64,000 nt of DNA from Euglena gracilis. Taxonomy: Eukaryota. The stretch is taken from assembly GCA_039621445.1 (NCBI GenBank), contig CP154954.1, positions 9,708,641-9,772,640 of the forward strand, read 5' to 3'. Each line of letters begins with the position of its first letter. Within the stretch, counting starts at the first letter, position 1. This document shows, piece by piece, positions 1 to 12,675 of this stretch. The notes beneath the pieces are model-generated. The model saw nothing but the letters and a program-made list of their open reading frames with translations. It was not told the origin of the DNA and did no database searches. The translations under genes and the position numbers were made by a program.

Positions 1-267
1 TGTATCATGAAGTGTGCAGTTACGTATTTTTGTTTCCCTAGGTGCATTCGGCGGTTCAAGGATTTTTCAAAAATTGTCGATGTGTGCAATTGCGCACATT
101 GACAAAGAAAAAAGCTCAAGTGCGAGATCCGCCGCCTGAGTTTTAAATGGAGTGGGGGTTAGTGCCTGCACCTCAGCCTGCTCCCAAGTGGCATATTTTG
201 TGCCCCTTTTCATCGTAGTCAGGTCCTGTTATATTATTTATTATAGTATGTTATTTATATTTAGTTG

Positions 268-268
268 T

Positions 269-339
<71 letters not shown>

Positions 340-340
340 G
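268..340. repeat. (TTG)n microsatellite
   Basis: Direct reading; explains the poly-L and poly-V ORFs. Confidence 0.95.
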
Positions 341-1020
341 CTGTTGCTTACGTGGGCACTTCGGTCAAATTCTTAAATTTTAATTTCCCCCTTTGTCCAC
401 TCCGGAGGAGTGCAGCACGCGCATCATCTCCGACGCATGCAAAGCCGCGTGGTGCCGAACCCTTCCAGCCCAGTCCGCAGCCCTCGCCCTCTCGACTGCC
501 TCCCTGGGCACTGTCCTGTTTCCCTGAACGTCCCTGTAAAGTCCAAACCGGTATAAAGTCCAAACCAGTAGTACTGCTGGTGTCTGCCAACAACTGCTTG
601 TGGGCTAGTGGCAAATTTTGGGTCACCCGTTGGGCCGCCTCCAGAGCGCATCACTGAATGCCACCCTTGTGGCTTCTGGGCAGTTTGCACTGACTTCTGA
701 ATTTCAATGAATAAATGATTTCTCAAACTCTGAATTAACTTGTGCTCGTGAGAACGTTCATGCCTTTGGGATGGTTCTCGGATATATTTTGTTTTATCTG
801 CATTTTTCTTAAGACATGAGATTCAAATTGCTCTTGCAGTTTTTTTCCCCTTCCAGTTTAGTGTTTTCATACGGAAAATCTGTCAAAAAATCAGAAGGAG
901 CTATTTTTTTCCAGAAATTGTGTATAGTCTCAAAGGGCCCTGAAAGCTATGAAATTTGCAATGCAATTTTCGTGCAGCTTTGAGCTTTTTGTGTAGTTTT
1001 GTGTTGATTGTTTTGTGCAG

Positions 1021-3165
1021 TATCATTGAACCTCTCGGGGTCAGTGTCCATTGTCAGCATCACACAAATTCAGGCAGCAGCCATTGGGAGGGGCTTCGCA
1101 GGAACCCTGGAAGCCGTTGACTGATTGAACTTTAAAATACGCTGGCCAGGGTTTTTTTTAGCCTTGGACCCCGGGGGGGGGGGCAGGGTGGGTGGGTCCG
1201 GCCGATCCCCCCCCCGGGGATACACTTTTCGGCGCTGAAAATTGTTAAAAAAGTGCTATTTTTGGCATTTTTCGCTTTTTTGGCCATTTTCAGGGAAAAG
1301 TGAGTGGGTCTTCCGGGACCCCCCCTGGTCTTAAAAAAAACCCCGACGCTGGTGCGATGCGCCGGTTCCACCCTCCTTCCTGGGCACTGTCCAGCGGCCA
1401 CCGTCATTTGTCCTCCTCTCATGAAGGCCGTCCCCCTCGAGACGTTCCAGGCCCACCTCCACATCGTCGTCTGGTGGGTCCTGTTGACCCATGAGCACCG
1501 GCCAGGTGTTTCTTTCTTTTTTTTTGAGAAACTTCCCCATCTTGATCTCAGGGATCCAGTGTGTAATGAAAGCGGGCCTTTTTTCTTTACACCCTGACCC
1601 AACCCGATTGCGAAGCTGTCCTTCTGCACTCTCGCTGACTTGTCTGGAGGGATCAACAAGCCCGGGTGCGAAGCATGCGCTTCTGTACCTGCCATGTGAC
1701 CCTGCCTCGGTCAACGGGAAGGTGACCAGCTCCTCGTTGTCCGCCACATTACTCGTTTCAACGGCCACCGCGCTCCCAGCGAAAGCCCCCTGCCCCCAGC
1801 GGCTCAAGGCCGACAAGCCGGTGAAGGTCCCGCCGGTCTCCGTGGACCTGTCCCCCCAGTCGTTCTTCGACGTGTTCGCCCGCCTCCAGGCCCGCATGTA
1901 CAACCCGCCCTCCGGGGCTTTTTTGCGTGCTCCGTAGCGATACACGTGCTCACACGGTGAGCACGGTAGTATCACTGCCGGGCTCATGATACGGCAGCAT
2001 CATGAGCACGGTAGATGCTCATGATGCCTACCGTGCATCATGAGTAGCTCGGTACTACTACTACCGTGCTACTGTTTTTTAGGCATGGCTGTGGCTGCGA
2101 CCGGCACGGCTACAGCAGCGGTGTAACGGAAGTATTGGCACAGGGAACACAAGTGCTTCTGCCCATTCCCCCCTTTCATGTATCCATGGGGAACCTTCCC
2201 CCCCCTTTGTCTTTGCACAGCTGGTCTATGACACACGGGGTACAGTGCATATGACACGGCGTATCCATGACATCCCCCTTGTCAACCGCATTTTCCCCGT
2301 ATTTTGGCGTGTCAAGTACAAGGGGGGGGGAGTTAGCTGACTGGATTTGGGTTTTTTTTCTGTCTGACGGGTTTTGGAAACTCCTCTATAGTAAATTTCA
2401 GATTGGGGGGCAAAGCATTGTGGTGGGTGGGGGGCATGGTGTCGCATAAATCAAAGTGGACCCCATTCGCAACCAGCAGCTCTTTTCCAGCTTCGGACCC
2501 CCTCCCCCCATTGACAAGTTTAAATTTGTTTTTCAGTCACCCGAAGGTTGGCTGGGCTGCAGCAGTTTTTTTTCCCTTCTGGTTGTGCAAAAAAAAATGA
2601 GCGAAAACAGGTCTATAAGGATGGCCTGGGCAAATTTGGGGTCGAAAAATCCATATTTTGCACACGTCGAAGTTCTTTTGTTCACTTTTGACACGTCGAT
2701 TTTTTTGGTACATTGGTTGACCCTCAGTCGGGCCACTTCCAGCCAGGGGCCCTGACAAGGGGGCAGGGGGGGGGGGGGGGGCTGGGGGGCTCGAACGGAT
2801 TTGGCGCAGAGCAGGACAGGTTGGCGGAAGTGCGAAAAATCATGCTTTGGTTTGGGCTTCTGTGCGAGCAAGTGGCCTTAGAGATGACGTGAAAATCCAA
2901 CTTGTTACGCGAGAGTCCTCAGCGGCCTGGCGCCCCCCTGCAGCTCCGCCACCGCCCTCAGCGAGTCCCTCCTGCAGCTGAAGGGAGACCTCGTGGCGGC
3001 CATCCAACCCAGGTCCTTGCTGAAGGACGCTCCCTCCGGTCCAAAAGCGGCCCAGCGGAACTCTCGGCAGGCTTCCTTCCTTTTCAAAAATGGGTGTTCC
3101 GCAGAAAAACGTCCTGCCCCCTGCTCCCCAACGAGTCTCCACCGACTCATTCAAACAACGTTGAT

Positions 3166-3196
<31 letters not shown>

Positions 3197-3387
3197 ATTA
3201 TTAAACATATATGTGTGCCATTATTAACTATCTATATGTTGTTATTGTTATTGTTGTTGTTGTTGTTGTTCTTGTTGTTGTTGTTGTTGTTGTTTTTGTT
3301 TGTTGTTGATATTATTATTATTATTACTATTACTTATTATTATTATTATTATTATTATATTATTATTATTATATTATTCTTATTATT

Positions 3388-3442
<55 letters not shown>

Positions 3443-3456
3443 TATTATTATTATTC

Positions 3457-3532
<76 letters not shown>

Positions 3533-6500
3533 ATTATTATTATTATTAATATTATTATTAATATTAATATTATTATTATTATTATTAAAACAATATGTAT
3601 CACTCATATTATTTTATTGTGCATTTGTACCGGTGGCACACTCATGTGCTATTGGCCCGTTCGTGGCGCATTTCTGTGCCATGGACAGGGGGTCGGGAGG
3701 GCCCCTGGTACTGAGAATGCCAGCCCGAAGCCCTCACCCTTGATGGTGGTCTGAAGCACCGGCCTGGGCTCGGCCCTTAGCCACACGCAGGGCTGTCCGG
3801 GAATCCATGCAGCCCTATCGGTGGTGGGGGGTCGGACCGCCCCCCCCCCCCCCCCCCGCCCGGCCTTCCCGCACAGCCCTGGCCCCACGCGGGGGCTGTC
3901 CTCCACCGGCCGCCGCACCCATGCCGCCCACATGCAGGCGTGCACCCACCTCGTGCGGGCCGCTGTGGGCCTGCTGGCGGAGCACTGGGAGCTGCCGGAG
4001 GCTCGGGCAGGGGCGGACGGATCCCCCTGAGGGGTTGCGCCATGCCGAAGTGTTCCCGGGTTTCCCCGGGATCCCTCCAAGTTTCTTTGAGCTGTTGTTG
4101 TTGACTGATTTTTTTACAGTTTTTTTTATTGATGCTTGTGCGTGCAAATGTCGCATGTGATGGCTTATTTCCTGTGTGTACGCACATACAACACAAAATG
4201 GAAGGTTCTGTTCAGTTTAGGGGAAAACCAATCAACGTTGGGCTGCAGGTGCACTTCTTAAGTGATTCCCAAATTATTTGTTGATCACTCAACGGCCGGG
4301 GGGGGGGTCGTGGATGGGTGGGTTTTCAAAAATAGTGGGTGGGGGTTTGGGCCAGGGGAAAAATGCCCACCCCTTGGGGAGTCACTAAAAATATATTCCA
4401 GAGCTTGTCACAGGGGAAAAGCAATATTTTCTGAAATCTTTTGTTGTTTTTTTTTTTGCACAACCGCGACATTCATCTTGACAAGAGGGCCCTAAAAGGT
4501 ATTTTTTTTGGGAAATGGGGTTTTGAGTTCTGTTGGGAGCCAATTTTCTGACACAAAACTCTGAATAACAGCCCCCCCCCCCAAAAAAAAACAGCCCCCC
4601 CAAATAACATCCCCTGCCCGAGTTTTTAATTGCGTGTTTGAATAATTACCCATGGGGCCATTGTTCGGGGGGTGGGTAACAGTGGCGCCGGATGTGACAT
4701 AAATGAGCAATATTGGTTCAACACATTGCGGCTGGACGAAATGGTTTTGTGTTCAAAATGCTTCCGCTGATTTTTTCTTTCATGTTGTGTCTTTTGTGTC
4801 CAAGTTTTCGAAAAATTCAGAAGCAATGCAAGCAATATTTTTTTTCATTCAGACCAAACCCCCCCCCCCCCCCCTTGTCGTACGACCACCCCTCATTTAC
4901 GACCACCCCCCGGTCGCAGGTTGCAGGAACCCGGTCGTACGACAAGGGGGGGGGGTGGGTAATTTCAGCGAAACCGCGCCGTGCGCCACACGATGTGCCC
5001 GGTGTCGTGCAGGGTGTGCCACGCGCGGCGTTGGCATTGCCCTGTCCGGGTCCTCCCCTGGCTCAGGCAGCTCCAGCGGGAGTTCAGCCGCCTGCAGAGC
5101 TTGGAGGCGGAGGGGGTCGATCCGCCGCCGGAGGTCGAGGCCGTGGACGGTCTGGTTCCCAGGGCGTCTCTTTGGAAGCAGAAAGTTGTTTCCCATTGTG
5201 TCTGCTGGCAGATCACAGGGAAAATAGAGGCTGAATTTCCAAAAAAGGTCAATTTCCAAAAAGAGGTTGAAAAAAGGCAGGGTATCAAAAGGTTTTTTTT
5301 CTTTTCAATTTTGGATATTTTTGTGCGCATGTATTGTTTTTTTATCACACTTTTACACAACTGCTTCCGTCCCAGAATTTTCTCGACCCGAGTTAGGATG
5401 GGAGCATGGGCAATTGGTGAATCTGGTTGGGCCTCTCCCTGATAACCTTGATGCCATCCCTTCTGATAAAAAGGACAACAGTGTAAATTGGCAGATCCAA
5501 ACGAAAACAAAATATCGGAAAATGCAAACATTAGGGTGCATTTTCGAAACGTATAGATATCTCTTTGGGGTCAAATGCAAGCATTTTTGAGGTAAATTGT
5601 ATGCATTTGACAAATACCAAATAATAACCCTGTCCTCTGCACTACGGTGAACCAAACAAACAAAGAAGATAATCCAACAGAAAAATGAAAAATTGGAGAC
5701 CGTGGAAAGAAATCTGAAATTACAACAGAAAAGCACATTGGTGGTGCTGATGAAGCGCCTTTGACCATGAAATTTATGCGGGATTTTGTGGGATTATGCA
5801 GGATTGTGAGTTTTAAGCCCATAAAGCTCGTTGGACCCACCCACCCACCCACCCACCCACCCACCCCCCTGGGGGAGGGACTCGAAGGGAACCAATTTTT
5901 GGGGTCAATTTGGGGTCCAAAAACTTGTGTTCTTCCCCTGTGTTTGGCGAAGCGCTAAATATAGAAAACCCCACCTCCGGCAGGGTACCCCCCCGGGTAC
6001 CCCCCCCCCATAAAACTGTCACCTGACAGCTGGCAACTTCCGAAACTGACACCCTGATGAGGTTGGGGGACTGGTCCAATGCATTCATACCCATTTTTTT
6101 GTGCAAAGTGGTAGAAGTTGTAAGAGATATTATTTTTCCCCAAAAATGAAGGTTTTTGAGGCAGGGTTTTCCGTTGTTTTAAGGTTTTTTTTAAATTCTA
6201 TGTTTTAATGGTGGGACAAGGGCCATCTGGGCATCGAATGGAGTCAAAAATTAAATCCCCATGTTCCAAATGTGACTGGATAAGTTTGTATGGACAATGA
6301 TCCAAGAATGCCTAAATGATTGCCGGAATGATGCCGGAGTGATTTTTTTCGCAGGTTTCTTTAAGACATTCACCCTACGAGTTTGCCAACTACCCTGGAA
6401 GTTGCCACCTCAAGCCCAAACCACCTGTCTTCTCATGGTGGAAAGTCCACCACAGGCCCCCTGGAAGTCATCACCTGGTAATATCACCTGCTTGCACTGG

Positions 6501-8436
6501 CTGACTGTCAAGTGACAACTTCCTGGGGGGGAGATGTCCTTGATAGGGCTGGTCCATGACAGCCCCCCGTGTCAACTGCACTTTCCCCGTACTGTGGCGC
6601 GTGTCAAAGGTCGGGGGGGATAACGGATCGAAGCCAGAGGAGTTCAAAATAAACACCTCCGTTTTCAGCAACTCAGAAACGGAGATGCCGGAGCGGAACG
6701 CTGCCCCGTTTCTCGGGGCTCGCCTCAATGGCGGAGGCCCTGCCGGGCGGCGGCGGAGAGTGCGTGGGGCGGCTCCAGCACCGCCCAGCAGGCGGCGTTC
6801 ACCTTCGCGGACCGGATGGACCACATCTGGGGCCTCGCGGGAGCTTGCGGATGAGAATGGTGCAGTGCAGTGCAGTGCCCTGCAGTGCCCCCACAGTGCC
6901 CCCACAGTGCCGACAGTGCCCCTGCAGGGAGGGCGGGGTTTGAAGGCAGAAATTCTTTTGGGGCGGGCCAGCTAATGCTAATCTCAACAATAGTGATCCC
7001 CCAAAAGAACGCCCCCCCCAAAAGCGAAGATTAGCATTGTTGGATAAAAGAAAAAAACTGGTCCCGACTGCACCCCTGAACGCGTGAGCAGCGCCTTCCC
7101 AGAACATTGGCAGGACTTCTTATTCAAAGCCGCCGGGATCCCCGCAGCGGGGCCCCACCGTTGTCCTGTCCAACAAGACCCTGCTGCAGCGGCACAGCCA
7201 CGTACTGGCGGACCTGTACGTCGGAAGCGGGGTCCCACGCGGAGGCCGTTTGTGTCCAAGTCTTTCCCATCCATGCTTCTTCTTTACTTGGAAGACCCCC
7301 GGGGGGTGGGTCCAGGACCAGCCCCCTGGGGGGTCGCCCCAGGCCCTCGGGCGGCGCACTGCGCGTTTTTCGCTGAAACTAACGAAAGAAAACAGTCAGT
7401 TTGATTGACATTGCTTGCATTGCTTCTTTTTTGAATTTTCCGAGAATTTTACACATGAAAAAAGACATACCGTGAAATAAGAAAATCGGCAGCATTGGCG
7501 CTCACATTTCGATGCCACAATAAAGCATAAGCAAGCACGCCACAAGCAGGCACATAACAGCTGAGGCATTGTGTGAGAGAAATTGCACAGTCGATACCAT
7601 CTGCATTTGGCTTTTTGAGGATCCGGGAAAAATCACATACAAAGCGACAACACCACCAGGGATGTCTTTTGGGGGGTGACACCAACCACACACAGAGGGG
7701 GAGCGAGGATCAGAGGACTCACTTTGAGAGGGGTACCTGCTAGAAATTTTTTGGGGATGCCTCCAGACAACCCGGTTTTTTGGGGGGGGTCCCACGCCAC
7801 CATGAGTGGGGTGACCCCCCCTCCCCCAGCGGTCTCAAGAAAGCCTGTTCCTATTATCATATAGCTGCCGACTTTTCAGAAGAACGCACCATAAACCTGC
7901 ACGCCAAGTAGTTGGGCGGTGAAACAGAACAAGAAAAATTCAGCCATTCTTTAAATGAAACAAAAACCCCTTTGTTCCGAAAAATTGAGCCTGTTTGCAA
8001 ATTTTGCCAAAGGGTGATCACTTTGTCCTTTTGTTCACGGTGGCGAGATTTCTCTGCCTGCTGCTTGTTCCGAACCCGAAAAAGGGTCTTGTGGTCCATA
8101 TAAAAATGGGTCACACTTCTGTTTAGATGGACGGATGTCACCCCCCCCTTCCCGTACTGGGCGCGTATTTCAAACCCTGAAATGGCCCTTCTTCAAGTTA
8201 ACCTCCCCAAGTGTTACCCCCTCACTTTAATATTTGGGTGGGATTTCAAGACGATATGCAGTTTACGGGAACCTGTAAAGATATCGACTCAGTCAGAAAT
8301 TGCCTTGCTGAGAGGAGACCACCGCCTCAAATACGCCGTCAAATATTGTGGTGAAACGCTCCCCTCAGCTGTGCACCACCATACCGACATAGTCATCACA
8401 CGTTTTCTTCCAGCAAACCTGTCCTACAGGAAGTAG
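1021..8436 (+). CDS. Multi-exon gene A, hypothetical protein; 5' end unresolved, possibly includes exons at ~400-610 or upstream of the window
   Basis: GC3-rich exons join in frame: 1427-1473 (AVPLETFQAHLHIVV), 1800-~1927 (RLKADKPVKVPPVSVDLSPQSFFDVFARLQARMYNPP), 2944-3012 (SATALSESLLQLKGDLVAAIQP), GT-AG intron, 3877-4004 (PGPTRG...LAEHWELPEA), nonconventional intron, 5066-~5154 (RQLQREFSRLQSLEAEGVDPPPEVEAVD), ~6747-6831 (AAAESAWGGSSTAQQAAFTFADRMDHIW), ~7152-7219 (GPTVVLSNKTLLQRHSHVLADLY), GT-AG intron, 8293- (SEIALLRGDHRLKYAVKYC...), stop TAG 8434-8436. No family recognised. Confidence 0.6.
1147..1345. mobile_element. hAT-like MITE (family A), 199 bp, inside an intron of gene A
   Basis: TIRs CAGGGTTTTTTTTA / TAAAAAAAACCCCG; flanking 8-mers ACGCTGGC (1139-1146) and ACGCTGGT (1346-1353). 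Related copies start at ~12925, 32130, 41514 and 58014. Confidence 0.8.
3165..3590. repeat. Compound (TA)n/(TTG)n/(TTA)n microsatellite, intronic
   Basis: Direct reading. Confidence 0.95.
4005..5065 (+). other. Nonconventional (euglenid-type) intron in gene A
   Basis: |GGG CAGGGGCGGAC ... GTCCTCCCCTG GCTCA|G: 10 of 11 bp terminal stem in the +4/-6 register; removal gives in-frame ELPEAR|QLQREF. Confidence 0.8.
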
Positions 8437-10154
8437 AGACCGTGATGCAATGCCAATAAATGGCATCAATTTTTAGCCAGCAAACTTTCAGGAACCCGTT
8501 AACCCATTCTGTCGCTGCATCAGACACATGGGGTAGGGGGGGTGTTGGAGGTCGTGGTCCACTGCCCAACTGCAGGTGAGGGTACAAAGTCGAGACTCCA
8601 TTCAGGAGTGAAGGGGACTTTGTGCTCGTTTACGGGAACCAAGCAAGTTCACGTTTATAGTTTCCCGTGAACTTGTTTTGAAGCATGTTTACGGGAAACA
8701 GTAAACATCCTCCACCATCGGACAACAAGAAAAAAAACTTCCCAATATAGAACCCCACTGTTTCAAAATTTGAACGGAGTTTCAAGACCCCAGGGGGGGG
8801 TTCTCCCTAGAGATCACCTCATGCATTTTGGGCCCATTTTTGACCCTGTTTTAACTGGTGGGGTTTGAATCTGTTTGTCCAAAAAGGCAATATTCTCAGA
8901 AAATAAGTGATGGAAAGCCCACGTCACTCCAAAAAGTCGGCACTCTTGGAGCATCTTTTCATCGCCCCCTTCCATCTTTTGTTTCTCCCCCTTCTGTAGA
9001 AGGAGGGTTCTATTCGATCTCCTATTCGATAATTTTGTCGGTTTCCCCATTTGGGGGGTTTCTATGTTTAGGAGGCTTTTATTTGTTTATCAGGCTTCAA
9101 AAAGTTTTCAGAAACCTGTAGATTTTCAGCCGGGTGAAAAAATCAAGAACAAGGCCCTCGTAACCTGGTAACCTCTTCATAGGCCCTCGTAACCCCCCCA
9201 CCAATTTTCCACCCCAAATAATATCATCCCCCCTGGCCCCGGACTTCAGCTGCCAAATTATATTCCCCTCCCCTGCCACTCCCCTGGGAAGGAAATCAAG
9301 CAAGGCAGAAAATACTCAATTTCCCTCCAAAAAAGCAGCACACTTTGGAAAAAATGACTGGTGCCACTGGTACCAATTTTTTTTTTCAGGTGGTGTCAAC
9401 CTAAAATAAATGCAGTGCAAAATTCAGAATATATGTGAAAATGTGCCTCTTGAGGTGTCTGTTTGAGTTTGAAAAGTTTGCCCAAATATTTATTATCAAA
9501 TCCCCAATCAAACACCCCCTCCCTGCCACGGACTTGTGACTTAGGGCAGGGTGTTTACTATATGGGGGGTCGCTGAGCTCTTATCCCTTTATCGGTAAGA
9601 GCGAAGCTTACCCCTGGGGGAAACCCCCCCCCCCTCCCCCCTTCCCCCCCCCCCTCGGGGCCACCATCCCAGCCCCGTTCCCGAAAAAAAAATTCCGGTC
9701 GCGAGCGACTGGATTTCTAGTTTCCGAATCACCTGGGTTTGACCCCCAACTCCCCGCCAGGCCCGAGTTATTCACGCGCGAAGGGGTCTAAGATCGGCCC
9801 GCCCCCCCTGGATAAGCCCCCCCCCCTTTGGACTTTACGTCAGGTCATGATGGGCATCAAGGGTCATGATGGGCATCACAGGTCTTTCCTGGAGGGTCTA
9901 TCCAGGGAGCCAGTTCATATAGGGCATCAAAAATGCGCGTTTGCGCGCATCTTAAGAGCTCAGCACTATTCAAAACCTGGTTTACTCACAAATTGTACGA
10001 GATTTTTTTGGTACTGAATTTGAGAAATCAGACAAATTTGGGGATATTTTCAGGCGGGCAGAAATGGCTTATCGCGGCCAAGCGTTGCCGGTGGCCCCCC
10101 TGGGCTTTATTGTTGTAGCATTTTTATTGGGGGGGTCTGTGTGTGGGGGGTTCA

Positions 10155-12195
10155 ATGGTCAGGAGTGCATCCATAGAAGTGCATGAGGAATCACTTGACC
10201 ATATCAGCTGCTTGCTGGTGACCCAGAAGGCCAACGACATCGGGCACAACTCTTGCTGCTGGAGGAGCAGATCCATAAACTGGAGGGGAAGTATCTGTCG
10301 GAGCTGGCTGGCGATCCCAGGTCAGTTTGTGTTGATGAAAACACCAGCAACCAGTATTGCAATTTCAGAAGAAGATCCAAAAACTTCCTTAGCCTATTGT
10401 CCGCACAATAGTTGCCCCCCCCCCCCCTCGGGCAATGGGTACCTCCCTCTTGCTGTCTTGTGCAAGCCGTTTTGTCACCTCCTCATGCTGTTCATGAGGA
10501 ACAGCAGTGCGAAAAAAGGAGTTTTGAGATATTGTTGTTTTCAACGTTGGTTAACCTTTGACCAGACCCATTACCAAAAAAACCCCAAGAATGTAATGAT
10601 CCAAAAAAAATGAAACAAGAAAATACTCGAGATGATTGCTATGTCGCCCCAGCAATTGTCACCCCTCCTTGCGCTGCCACTGTGTCGCTCCTCTCCTTCG
10701 CTGCCCCAAAATTGCTGGCCCCTTTGCCCACCTACTTCTTATCTTCTTCTTATCCCTGTTTTTTTTTTAATTGTTAAGCATCTTCTTTTTTTTAGTCTTT
10801 TTAGAGAACACACCTCAGGCAGGCCTGGGGTCAGGTTTCAGGCCTGGGCGGTGCAAGGGGGGGAATGCGTTTCGCATTTTTGCGTGTTTTTTTTCGCTTT
10901 TTTTCAGCACATTTTTTGCTTTTTGGTGCTTTTTTTTTTTTTTGTGGTTTTCACTTTTTTTTTCCGCATTTTTTAACCATTTTTTGTAAATTTTTGCAAT
11001 TTTTTGAATTTTTTTTCAAAAACCGCATAATTCCACACAATTATTGTAAATTTGGTGCCTTTTTTTGCAGGTGTTTGGGCAAATTTTGCATTTTCGTGAT
11101 TTTTGCACATTTTCTCTCAAATTTGACTATTTTTGCACATTTTTTTCCCCGAAAAATGTGCGTCTTTTTGTGCTTTTGCTCCTTTTTTCGATGCTGGGCT
11201 AGCCCCCCCCCCCCTCCACAGCGAAGTGTGCTTTCGGCGTCGGGAGTCCAAAAATGGCCATTTTCAAGGGAAAATTGGGTTGGTTGAATACCCCCCCCCC
11301 CTCTATTTGGGGGGTATTATTGGGGGGGGGGTATTATTTGGGGGGGTTTAGCAGGCACTGGGGGGGGTGCCTGCTATGGGCAGGCACCAAATAGCACAAA
11401 GTTCCTCCCTCCCCCCAGGGTTGGTGAACAGAAGAAAAAGCAGCCTGACTCTACTCTTTTTTGTAACCCCATCCCGAAACCCCCAAAGGAAAATTTTGTT
11501 TTTACCAGCGCTGCACTCAAGCGCAGCAAACAACCCGCCATTCCTTCCTGCAGCGCAGATAGCTGGTTTCCACCAACCAGCCAACCGCCACCAAAGCAAA
11601 AGGAGCACAGTGCCATGCCATAGCGCCTGCCTGCCCGCGTCTCTCTGTCCCCATTCCGCAGCCTCCTCAACGGCTGGAAGGGCTGCTCAGGCTCGTCCTC
11701 GGATGCTGTATCCCATCCCTCCAGCCACACCAGGTCATTTCGCTCCCTGGAAGTGATTTTTTTCTCGTCTCTCAATTTTTTATCCTCTCTCTCTTTGGCT
11801 CTGTTGCAGCAATTTTCATTTGATAACCTTCTGTCCAATGCCCCAAAACGCCCTAAATCTCTTCACCGATAGCGTAGAATGGGTGCATTTGGTCATTTTG
11901 GCCATGCCACTGTTTTGATGCTGGGGGGCCTGTGCAGTTGATTTGTCGTTTTTGGCCGGGGAGTTGACGTTGACTCTTGCAAACCATAATAAACACGGCA
12001 AGCAGGATTTCGTTCGCTTGCTGAACTGCTGGCAGAGCCTGAGGCCACATCCAACTCACAAAGCAGACGAAGGGCGAAGGCGGTAACAACGGGAAGCGGC
12101 AGCGCAACGATGAAGACGAACAGCCAGGGGCTGACCCCTCTTCCCCCAGCACTTTCTGTGGGCCAATTCATTTGTTGGCGCACTCTGTTGGATGA
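10155..12195 (+). CDS. EAF6: EAF6/MEAF6-like chromatin-modification (NuA4/HAT complex) subunit; 4 exons, apparent frameshift at ~10230
   Basis: Exons 10155-10320, 11662-11733, 11810-11873 and 12067-12195, all GT-AG and phase-compatible, give ...QRHRAQLLLLEEQIHKLEGKYLSELAGDPS|LLNGWKG...NLFTDS|TKGEGGNNGKRQRNDEDEQ. This matches the Eaf6 pattern LE.QI...EG.YL....G.II.GW...RLFS.SS recalled from the family. The 3' exons are less certain. Confidence 0.7.
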
Positions 12196-12675
12196 TGACA
12201 GACCTCAGCTGTTTAGGCCTCCCAAAGCCTCGGGGTTAGATATTCTGTGGGTTACAGGGGGGATTGTGGGGACTTTTTGGGATGAGGAGAGTCGGAAAAG
12301 GCAGTTTCCCACCGGTATGTGGACAGTTCGCCCAACGCAGCAACCGATATTTGGCTGAGCGAAAGGGGCACAACATTTACCCAAAGTGAACCAAACGTTT
12401 TTCTTTTTTGGCTTCTTGGGCCAAAAAGCTATGGGCAGGGTGATTGTATCGGCAACGTCGGCGAAAAAAAAAACGCCGCAACGACTGGAAAAACACTTTC
12501 CTAACCTCAAATCATGATTGGATTAAACAATGGAAGGAATGGACGGGAAATAGCAAATTGCACGTTTCAAAAATTGCACCCGCAACTCGTTTTGTGGCCA
12601 AAATTCTGTCTCCAGAAACATATGGATGGAAATTTTTATATTATATATAATATTAATAATATATAATGTCAGATA

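Noticed and set aside
152-657. Poly-L and poly-V ORFs, and similar ORFs at 2993, 21868, 34305-35143, 48537-49120, 49699-50958 and 54806-55800
   Set aside because: These are translations of microsatellites; only short embedded parts may be exonic.
503-1392. 14-nt direct repeat CCTGGGCACTGTCC at ~503 and ~1379 as an intron boundary
   Set aside because: The best coding frames on the two sides do not need it and plausible exons lie between; it may be chance.
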